From the human T2T-CHM13v2.0 reference genome, Homo sapiens: 64,000 nt of DNA. Below the pieces are notes generated by a model, which saw only the letters and a list, made by a program, of their open reading frames with translations, was not told where the DNA came from and ran no database searches. The position numbers and the translations under genes were made by a program. This document shows, piece by piece, positions 53,861 through 64,000 of this stretch. How positions within the stretch are numbered: position 1 is the stretch's first letter; the number at the start of each line of letters is the position of its first letter. Location of the stretch: NCBI RefSeq assembly GCF_009914755.1, contig NC_060938.1; one strand, written 5' to 3'.

Positions 53861-54589
53861 ACATTATAAATTTTATTGTGTAAGGCTGAATCTACTGGTT
53901 TGCTATTGTTATCTTACATTGGTTCATGAGAGCTAATCTCTTGACAACATGAGTTCATGTTGGTAGTTTGGTAGATTAAATGTGTGAAACTGGGTAAATG
54001 GTATTTGCATGTTTTTTGTACTGCTTTTATTTTTTGTAACTTTTCTGTAAGCTTAAAATTATTTCTGAATAGAAGTTATAGGAAAGAAAAAAAAAGAAAG
54101 TGGCCATGGGAAAGTATTTACAACAATAATTGCCAAATATTCTACATATCAGGAACTTTTTTTTCTCTCTTTGATTCTATTCTTTCTTTCCTTCATTCAT
54201 TCTTTTTTTATGAGCCCACATGAATCTTATGCATGCTATTAAGGAAACTCTTCCTATTAAAAAACTTGCATTTGCTATATATAACACAATGTCTCAAAAT
54301 GGACACTGATCCATTAGTCATCATTCTTTGGCCTATGAGCACGTTCAGTATACTAGAAATCAGAATAGCCATACTATCATCCAGGTTACATATACAATTC
54401 TTCTTCAAAAGGATAACTTGGGAAAATTTGTCACGTGACTTGCCAAAATCTACACAAAACGTGTGTTTAGGATAGCATAATTTTCATTTCTCTTATTGGA
54501 ACCACTAGCCAAAGAATAAAAGTTTGCTTGCTGTGGATAGCACTTTAAAAACCTAGGAGAGTGCTAAATATTCAATATTTTTTAAAATT

Positions 54590-54900
54590 GTAGTAGTACT
54601 AGTAGTAGTAGTGGTGGTAGCAGGGGTAAGAGTGGTAGCAGCGGTGATAGCAGCAGTGCTTGTACTCATGGCTTACATTGATTGAATGTTTTGTCACACA
54701 AACTTTCTACATTGTTCTAGGTACTCCATCTTAATTATTTTGCTTAATCATTTCTACAAATCTATAATTCATGTTCTATTATTTTGCTATTTTAAAAATG
54801 AGAAAAATTAGGTAAGGAGAGTTAAATTTGATCCATAACATATAATATTTGGAGTAGACTGTTCTTGAAGGCAGGAATTCTCTCCCTAGTGCCTACTTTT
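54590..54900 (-). mobile_element. (AGT/GGT)n low-complexity tail followed by MIR
   Basis: tagtagtactagtagtagtagtggtgg...; attttaaaaatgagaaaaattagg. Confidence 0.6.
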
Positions 54901-56619
54901 GTGCTTGTTCTGCTGCTTCCTTTTATGCTAAATCGTGTAATTGTTTTTTCAAATTATGTTACAATATTCTATAATGATGGACAGCTAGTTCATTATTTGA
55001 GAGTTTAAAAATCTATTATTTTTATTAATTTTGGGGAAAAAAAGGCAACAATTTTCTACTCACAATTGCCAAACACTGCTGTTTTCCGTGATCCTTTAAG
55101 AATGGCTGACAATAGTTTAACTCTCAGAAGGGTAGATTCTGTCTAGGACATAAATCATCTGAATCTGAAATTAATTTGAAACCTTCATATTATTTACTCA
55201 TTTGTCGTAGTTTTAATTGCTTCCGAAATTGCTTTTTCTATCCTTTCCAATTTAGAAATTCTATTCTCTCAGAAACACCTTTGGGTGATTCTCTTTTTAT
55301 TCTGCCGCCATTTATCTTTATCTCATCATCACAAAAAACTGAGTCTTACATTTTATTTGCCTTTTTGCTATGGACACTGCCTTTAGAGTACTGTTTCACT
55401 ACCTTTAGATTGCTCTGACCCTTTATGATCCTAAAAGCGTATTCTAAACTTTCTGCATCAGTCTTTGATTCTCCTTTGGCTAAATGCACGTTCTCAGATA
55501 AAACTGTAGTTTTAACTTTAAGTTCTGGTAATTCCTCAGTTTTTGTTTTGTTTCCTAGTTTGTTGGTTTATTTATCTTTGTTATTGTTGTTTTATAGTTC
55601 CCATTCTATTTATTGCCTTTGTATTCTTTCTAAATGTATTGATAGACATCTATTTTTGCGACTCTCTAGAGGACATGTATACTCCTATACTTTTTTAACC
55701 ATAGAATCCTAGCCATCTACTTGTGTTAAAAAAATCTATTTTCCTACAGTGGAAGCTACATGCCCTAATATGTCCATAGTTTCTTTACTTAGTTTATATG
55801 AATACAAAACTCATGATCATTTTACCACCAGGATTCTCAATTTTCCGGTTTACTAAGAAGTTTTAATTTTTTCTTTTATTTTTGGGAATTTATATTAATA
55901 GAATTTCTTTTGATGTTTACTACATCTTAAGAAAGTAATTTTCATCAAAAAAAGATAAAATATATGAATTTTGCTTTTTTCTTTTTCCTGTATTTATAAT
56001 AATATTTACAAGTTTAATGTTAGTAGGATGTCTATATGCTATCTGTTGAAATCTAAAATTTTGTTATATTGATTAGGAGGTAATAATCTACATCTATTAT
56101 TTGGCCAAGAATCTGATATTCTATTCATCAAAATACCTTACTTCTGTTTCTTTTTCTTTTATTCTAACTTAAGTATTTTCACCAAATATTAGGTAATCTA
56201 TGCAATATGGAGTTAATATTTCATCATACATGGTCTTTCTAATTGATGTATTTTGTTGAAACATAGAATCCTTCACATCATGCAATTTGACCCATGGATC
56301 TGCATCACTAAGTCATAGCAACAGTAGAGGGTTACAGTTGCCACTTTAAAAACAGTAGAGGGTTACATTTGCCTCTTAATTTTTCGCAATGTTAGGGCAC
56401 AGGGACTTGTAGACCTTTGAGTCTGTAAGTACTTTTCCAGCCTTCTCTTCTATAATATATTCCTTTCAATCATTGGACTCACCATCTGTTGTTTGTCTTT
56501 AAATATTATATTTTCATTCAGAGTTCCCAGTTGTGTAGTTGGATATAGGTAGTTTCCTCTCAGCTTCATAAATTTATATTTTTTAAAAACATTTTCCACA
56601 TCAGGAGGGAGTGAGAATC

Positions 56620-57325
56620 TTCCACTTAATGAGTAGTAAATATATATATACTGACATGAAAACACATTATACATGGTTACATAAGAAAAACAAATTATTG
56701 AACAGAGTGTCTTGGTTTTTAAAATGGGTTGGAAAAAAAGGGGAAAAAAACTACGTCAACAAAGATGGGTAGAGGTAGAAGAAAAGTGCACTCATTGTAA
56801 GGAGGAATGTGGACTAGAAATGGCACTGGAAATTTCAGGAGCTCAGCAGTTGTGTGGCCCAGTTTCTCTTGTCTCTTTGCCTCCAGAAAGTTTGTCTTCC
56901 TGCTCAGTTCTCTTCTCTGTACTAATTGGCTTTCTTTACTTACTCATGGATGCCACCCCTTCATGTTCAGCTTCACCCAGCCTTGAATAGCTGTATCCAT
57001 TCTTTTCTCTGGTACCCTTTTGACATCATAATCTTTCGGCTTCCAATCATGCTGCTTACTCATAGGATTTTAGTAACCCAACTCCAAACTCTAAAGAAAG
57101 GAATTTGGTTGGCCCACTTCATGTTTGCACATTTTACATAAAGAGGTCAAAAAGTAGCCTACAGATTGACTCTCTTTAGTTTGTGTAACCCACATCTTAG
57201 TCAAATCGGATGTCAGTAATGGTTACGTGGTAAATATGTCTTTTTAGATGTCCGGAGGAGCAGGCAAATAATGATTCACTTAGTATATGGCATGGACTTA
57301 GTAGGCAGTGACTGACTTTTCTACA
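56620..57325 (-). mobile_element. Ancient ERVL/MaLR-class 3' LTR
   Basis: Minus strand begins TGTAG directly after a polypurine tract; ggttacgtggtaaatatg and ttggttggccc resemble old MLT1-type LTRs; left edge approximate. Confidence 0.5.
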
Positions 57326-60225
57326 TATTCTCCTCCTTTGTCTGCTTTTATAGATGTGTTATCAGCCTCACAAAAATAAGCCTCTCTATTTTTGCTCAAC
57401 AACATCTACCTATCACTGAAATACCTTCATTTTCCCAAATAGTAGAATTACTCAAAACATAATTCCATTTAGAAAATATATAAAGAGCACCTTCTGAATT
57501 TCCTCCTCAATGTGATCCCCCATTTAACACTACTAACACCAACCTTGTTGAAACATGAGGCACAGTGTAAGGCTGGTGAATTCTATGAGGATCATATCAC
57601 TGTTTCACTTCAGTGCCAATGGAGTCTGTCTCCTGGTTAGCAGTGATAATTCTCTCATATTCTACGTCACTTTTTGGGGGGACTGATTTTCCCCAATGGG
57701 GCCCTGCAGCCAGCAGTGACTTTTCACGGCTTATAGCATCTATTATAACCTAGTCAAGAAATTGCTGAGCATCTAAGGTTTGACAAAAATTTAATAAAGA
57801 TTTGGGCAAAGGTTTGAATCAAACTTTTGTTTTATTAAACTATACCTCACAAAACCATGCTCATCTGAATGGTGAAACTTCACTGCTTCAAAGGGGACTG
57901 GCGTAAATTTGCAAGTTTCATGTTGCTTAGAGACAACCCAGTTCTTAAAAACTTCAACTTTCTTTTTTTTAAATTTATTTTTATTATTATTATACTTTAA
58001 GTTCTATGGTACATGTGCACAACGTGCAGGTTTGTTACTTATGTAAACATGTGTCATGTTGGTGTGCTGCACCCACCTGTTAACTCATCATTTACATTAG
58101 GTATATCTCCTATTGCTATCCCTCCTCCCTCCCCTCAGCCCACGACAGGCCCCAGTGTGTGATGTTCCCCACCCTCTGTCCAAGTGTTCATTTCCCACCT
58201 ATGAGTGAGAACATGTGATGTTTGGTTTTCTGTCCTTGTGATAGTTTGCTCAGAATGATGGTTTCCAGCTTCATCCATGTCCCTACAAAGGACATGAACT
58301 CATCCTTTTTTATGGCTGCATAGTATTCCATGGTGTATATTTGCCACATTTTCTTAATCTATTCTATCATTGATGGGCATTTGGGTTGGTTCCAAGTCTT
58401 TGCTATTGTGAATAGTGCTGCAGTAAACATAGGTGTGCATGTGTCTTTATAGCAGCATGATTTATAGTCCTTTGAGTATATGCCCAGTAATGGGATGGCT
58501 AGGTCAAATGGTATTTCTCTTTCTAGATCCTTGCAGAATTGCCACACTGTCTTCCACAATGGTTGAACTAGTTTACAGTCCCACCAACAGTGTAAAAGCG
58601 TTCCCATTTCTCCACATCCTCTCCAGCAGCTGTTGTTTCCTGACTTTTTAATGATCGCCATTCTAACTGGTGTGAGATGGTGTCTCATTGTGGTTTTGAT
58701 TTGCATTTCTCTGATGGCCAGTGATGATGAGCATTTTTTCATGTGTCTGTGGGCTGTGTAAATGTCTTCTTTTGAGAAGTGTCTGTTCATATCCTTCACC
58801 CACTTTTTGATGGGGTTGTTTGATTTTTTCTTGTAAATTTGTTTAAGTTCTTTGTAGATTCTGGATATTAGCCCTTTGTCAGATGCATAGATTGTAAAAA
58901 TTTTCTCCCATTCTGTAGGTTGCCTGTTCACTCTAATGAAAACTCCAACTTTCTAATAATGGTAAATAATCCATGGTTCTTAACAGGGTTAGGATTCAGA
59001 GACACAGCATTGAAGAGATTTTCTTTAAATTTGACCATTGTTCCTTGGCTCTCACGATGTTCAAATTTTATACCTTAACTGAAAAATTTGGAAATGTTTA
59101 TATATCAGGGATGAGTTGGTTGAGAGTTGGAGGGGAAGATTTTCATTCATTGTGCTCCTCCCTATCACTATCTCCTTGGATAGAAAAGTTTCAAAAAAGG
59201 TTGGACTGTTACAAGGATCTACTCTTTCCCATAAATCTCTTCACCAATATTCTAGCCTTTAACATACCAGGAATTCAATTTTAAGCATTGCAGCAGAAAA
59301 GGAAATTTATTTGAAATCAGTAATATACATAATTTGTTTCTGGCCTGAGTTTATAATAATTTCAGAATTTGCCTACAAGCAGGAAATGTTTCCAGAAACA
59401 GAGTCAGAAGCTATCTCTGCCTTTTCTTATCTGCTTCCAGCAGGCAACATGGACTGCAGTTAATCCCTTTCTCACTAGTGCATGCCTTATTCTCTTGGAA
59501 CTTCTCTAAAACATTAGCTACAAGATCCTTGCAAGCCTTATACTCAGTAGGCATGTGATCCTTGGACTGCAGGTAGACAGTTCAGTTACTAGTTACAACA
59601 CTATATATATCAGCACAGGATTGAGAAGTGTATCTCGTGATTGTTCACTTTACCTCCATACAACTCAGCAAGTTTTAGTTTCATTTTCTCTTTTAGTTAG
59701 GCTCAATTTGGTTGCAATTAAAGCTATTTCAAAATGTAAAAGGGTTTATTATGCAGCAGGTTTAAATTTTTGTCCCTAATCTTACGTCTATGAGAAATAC
59801 AACTGCGTTTATTTTCAAAATACAAATTAGAGTTTGATTCTGTGCTGCCTTTCACTTGTGGGAAAATATGACTTACAGTCTTTTTGTGACATCTGTTCTT
59901 TGACTGCCCTACATGTTTGTGCCACAGCCCCAAGGTCTTTTGTAGTGTCAAAATGTTGGGAAAAGAGTACTTCTCCAGCTCTCAGTCATCAGTTGTCTGG
60001 TTACTACTGGGACATCCACTGTTACTGATGCTTAGATCCCTTCAAACCATTTATTTCTGCTGATTGCAAACCACTCTTGGGGCAGAAAAGATTTTGTAAC
60101 AATGGACCTGTCTGCCAAGTTATGCCATGCAGTTATCCTCTCCAGTGCTTGCTCTATAAATTCCCTGGTGGCACTGCCTCTTTTAAAGACATGTGCTATT
60201 TTATTCCTAGAATACATAGACCTCT
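57326..60225 (-). mobile_element. Putative internal region of the same ancient LTR element, interrupted by an L1PA
   Basis: PPT aaaggaggagaa (minus) abutting the LTR; balanced-composition sequence continues across the L1 TSDs; no intact ORF. Confidence 0.4.
57964..58938 (-). mobile_element. Young L1PA (about PA4-6) 3' end
   Basis: Open 190-aa ORF2 C-terminus with CCHC motif ([18 protein letters not shown]); TSD aaaact(t/c)caactttct at 57948-57963 and 58939-58954. Confidence 0.97.
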
Positions 60226-60227
60226 CT

Positions 60228-60331
60228 TGTTGTGAACTAAATTGTGCCCCGCTCCTCCAAATTCATACATTGGAATCATAACCCACAGGACTTCTGAATG
60301 TGATTGTATTTGGAGAGAGGGCCTTTAAAGA
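60228..60331 (+). mobile_element. MLT1A/B-type LTR 5' fragment
   Basis: tgttgtgaactaaattgtgcccc...aaattcatac...gaatgtgattgtatttggagagagggcctttaaaga. Confidence 0.85.
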
Positions 60332-61359
60332 TTAATGAATATTCTCAAATATTTCTCCACCTATTACTGGAAGCATACATACAGTATGCTGAAACACAAA
60401 AATACAGAAAGAAAAGCAATTTCTCAAATATCTTCTATAAGTACCTATAATAATCATGTTTCTCTTTCTTTATGGTCCACTTGTTTTTTCTTTACTAATT
60501 AGTGGCATCTCCTGTTTTATAATTGTTCTTTCTCATAACCTAGTCTTTGACTTGTCCAGTAATGGTCACCATCTGTCTTCTATCTGGATCATTTTTCTAT
60601 ATAATCATCCTAGTAGTTCTATTCTTATTGTCAACTGCTGTAGCCCCAGAATTTAGATTAGTTACCCTAAAGTCAAGTATCAGTGACAGGAGAATAGGAC
60701 AGCATGCTCTTCTGTTAGTGGCCTGGTAAAGCTGATGGCAAGGAGATAAGCATCTGGAAGGATACTGTACGACATGAAGAATAAAAAAGAGGTGAAAATT
60801 GCATGACTGCTGATGATTGAAATAGATAATAAGTATCCACCATAAATACTGACTTGCATAGAGAAAAACTAGGTTTAGATATGATTTTTATGAAACATTT
60901 TTCTGGGGTGCTCAGCATCTAACAAGTTAGACCCTTCAAGGAAAACTGTTAATATCTACATTATTCTTCAAGATAAATTTCAATCAGAGATATGTTTCCT
61001 CTGAATGTGTCTCTAAGCTAGGAAAGAGATCTTACAATTTATTAGAGTTGTATGTCAAGGGCTAATGTCTGGATTTAGCACCTAATATAAATAGTGACCC
61101 GATATCTCTTAGGTTAAATATTTAACCTTGACCTCTAGCTAAGAGTGCCTTTAAGTTTGACTTCCCCAAACGGAGGAATCAAGGAAAAAAGAAAGTAGAT
61201 TGATTATATATGCAACTGTGATTCTTGGAAAATACAGCTGAAAAATCAGACCCTTCATAGAGTTAGTGATAATAAAGTTAGAATTATTTGAGGAGTAAGT
61301 ATGTTTTCGTAAAACTATGGTCTAGAACAAGATGTTTCAGATAGGTCAGGTTAAGATGA

Positions 61360-61780
61360 TGCTATAGTTTGTGTATCTGTCCTCCCAACCCTCATGTTGA
61401 AATTTGATCCTTAGTGTTGGAAGTGGGGTCTAGTTACAGGTGTTTGTATCATGGGGGTGGATCCCTCATGAATGGCTTGGTGCCATTCTAAAGATAGTGA
61501 GTGAGTTCTTGCTCTATTAGTTCCTGCAAGAGCAGGTTGTTTAAAAAAGTCTTCCTCCCCTTTCTCTCTTGCTTCCTCTCACACTATGTGATCTCTGAAC
61601 TTGCCAGCTTCTTTTAGCCTTCTGCCATGAGAGGAAACTTCCTAAGGCCTTCCTCTGAAGCAGATGCTGGCATCATGCTTCTTGTACAGTCTACAGAACT
61701 ATGAGAAAAATAAATCTTTATTCTTTTTAAATTACCCAGACTCGGGTATTCCTTTATGGCAACCTAAACAGACTAAGACA
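61360..61780 (+). mobile_element. MaLR solo LTR (MSTB-like)
   Basis: tgctatagtttg...cagactaagaca; 5-bp TSD gatga on both sides. Confidence 0.93.
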
Positions 61781-62159
61781 GATGACATTGTAAAAATCCA
61801 CTAAATTTAGTAAGCATTAAAATCTTAACTTATAAAATTATGAACTATAAGTTATTTTTTGCCCACACTTAAATTAATGATTTTTATTAGGAAATAAAAA
61901 GTGCTACTCTTGACAGCAAGAAAAGCCTTTGTCAGACATTCTCACAATCATTTAAGACTGCTAAACAGGTCCTCACCTGAGACTTCTGAGTACCTATCAG
62001 CTACTGGAGAACATGTGGTAAGTAAGGCTATGAGACTATGGTACTGAACAGATTAGTGGGAAATACCATGCCATGGAATTGAGTCAAGAATTTTTATTTA
62101 TCATCAAAGTTCACTAAAAATTGTAGAGAGATACACAAATACATAAGTGAGGGCTATGT

Positions 62160-62495
62160 TCAGAATCTGCAAATTCAGATACCTATAAGTGCCTGGAACG
62201 TAATGCAAATAATTGAAAAGACTGAGCCTAATACACTAGACAGTAGTGGGGACAGTTTCTTGCCACAGCTAAAAAGGAAGTTGCTGTGAAACTGATTTTG
62301 TTGCTGTGAAGAAATACATGCCCAGTTTCAACATTTTTTCTAATAAAACCGGAAGTCAACAATCCGAATTTTGGGAGAAATATTTGAATCTTTAAATATT
62401 GGTAACTAAACAAATTTATTAAATAATAGGCTTGCCAAAAACACATTTGTAGATCAAATCTTGTCTGCAAATGGTCCCTCAGTTAGCAATTTTGA
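62160..62495 (-). mobile_element. hAT-Charlie MITE (MER102-like)
   Basis: cagaatctgcaaattc ... caaaaacacatttgtagatc...cagttagcaatttt termini. Confidence 0.6.
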
Positions 62496-64000
62496 GGTTA
62501 AAGATTTAGGCATCTTGTATTATTCATGGAACCAAACCCATATGAACTTGAATTTCTTTATGGGCCTTATATCAAGCCTATGAAGCATGGAAAGGGGTTG
62601 GAATCTATGAGTCAAATTCATAAATCAGCATTTCTTGGGGAATAAACAATTTAGGCTCTGTAGTTATTTTGGAGAAAAACAGTGCTCTTTGATCTGTTCA
62701 CCAGATTACTTGAAAGACTGTGGAAGCCCAGAGGTATCTAGATAAAGTTTATATGGGGAAAATTTACACTTGGTTCAAAATTTTACACACTAAAACTGAG
62801 GCTTTGAAAACATACATTGTATTTTTTTTCTCTATAACTGCCCTTATATAGTTTTTCTTTATGAGATATTAAGGTAGGAATTGTGCGGTTCTTAAATTTG
62901 CCAGTTAAAGGTATTTCAATCTCTTTATTTTTAAAGCAATCTTTTTCAAGTTAACAAAGTTCATTATGATTAAATGTGCAGTTTTTCACAGTTCCTATTC
63001 TTGTTCACTTATTGTTGCAAGTTAGTATGCAGATGTAGCTGAAAGCTTATGTGTTAACTTGATGTAGAGAGAGCTCAGATCCACGTGTGTCCTCTTGAGT
63101 CTCATTAGTCATTGTTTGAGAGATGTTATCCTGCCTTCATCTGAAACTTTGCTTTTTTCTGCTCTTACAGAAATGTGTGGCTGCTGAAACATTTAAGCTA
63201 CATTCCATTGACTCTGACTGCTGGTGATCTCCTGGTCTGGTACCTGACACTACCGACTAGCTTTATTGCTAAAACCTTGAATAACCTTTGGGCAATTTAC
63301 TGGGCCTCCTCTCTTTAGCTTCCTAATATTAGGTATCCTATCAATGCATGACTCTTGATAGCTTCTATTCCTAATTATCAGCCTAATCCACAATTTCTGT
63401 TTGAATTCACCTCACTCTATGAATGACCTCACGGAATGGAAGTAGAAGATAAGCTCACTTATGAATAAAAAGAAAGATAAGCTCACTTATGTCTGAATCC
63501 CCTTGCTCAGCCTTTTCTAGGTATGTGTGGAACTTAAAAGACCCCATGGGGCTAACCAGCCATGAGGAACTTGGGGGTTATTACTGGTCTCTCTGGCATC
63601 TCATTATTTTATTTTTAAATTTCCAACTTTCTACTGAGATGATGTCCTGTTCAATGTTGTACTCACATAAGGAAACTCAAACTAGTCCCAGCCTCTGTTT
63701 GGGAAAATAAAAAACTAGCCTTATTCCTATGCCTGTTTTTTGTTTTTGTTTTTGTTTTTTTGTTTTTTTTGGACAGCAACCTTCTTACCTCCACTCCCTT
63801 CATTCTTTTCATTCCCATCCATTGTGGAGAGTCAGAAAATATGTGTTTCCTCTTCCCTGTACCTGTTCTCATCCTCATTCCAAAAAGATTTCTTCTTCTG
63901 CTGCTGGATGGGCAAACTCCTTAACTCTCATTCTATATCCTGTCTAGCTATATGTCATGTATTATAGAGTTAATGACCGAGACAGAACACACACCTGACC

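Noticed and set aside
58359-58931. 190-aa ORF, the longest in the track
   Set aside because: C-terminus of L1 ORF2p in a 5'-truncated young L1PA with no promoter; openness is expected from its age.

Overview
Primate (most likely human or great ape) AT-rich, repeat-dense non-coding DNA, intergenic or deep-intronic. I found no supportable cellular protein-coding exon, intact RNA gene, CpG island or prokaryotic system. The recognisable ORFs in the ORF track derive from Alu, L1 or microsatellite sequence; the rest look like chance frames. More than half the window is recognisable transposon sequence: 7 full-length Alus plus one interrupted Alu arm, L1s of many ages (three with twin-priming 5' inversions), MaLR/ERV LTRs, L2, MIR, DNA-transposon relics and microsatellites. 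The most notable observations are structural fossils readable from the sequence. (1) A ~1.14 kb inversion (1521-2661) splits an L1 5' end and flips part of an older L1. (2) A ~220 bp locally templated duplication is inserted into an Alu arm. (3) A tailless 5'-half tRNA-Leu(CAG) retrocopy has a possible leader and 18-bp TSDs. Weaker candidates are a CpG-retaining palindrome cluster, a CTCF site in a hairpin, splice-signal clusters near 24.2-24.5 kb and an ancient hairpin DNA element. Subfamily names come from recalled consensus sequences, not a search, and boundaries of old repeats are approximate. I cannot name the locus and do not see evidence for a new biological system.
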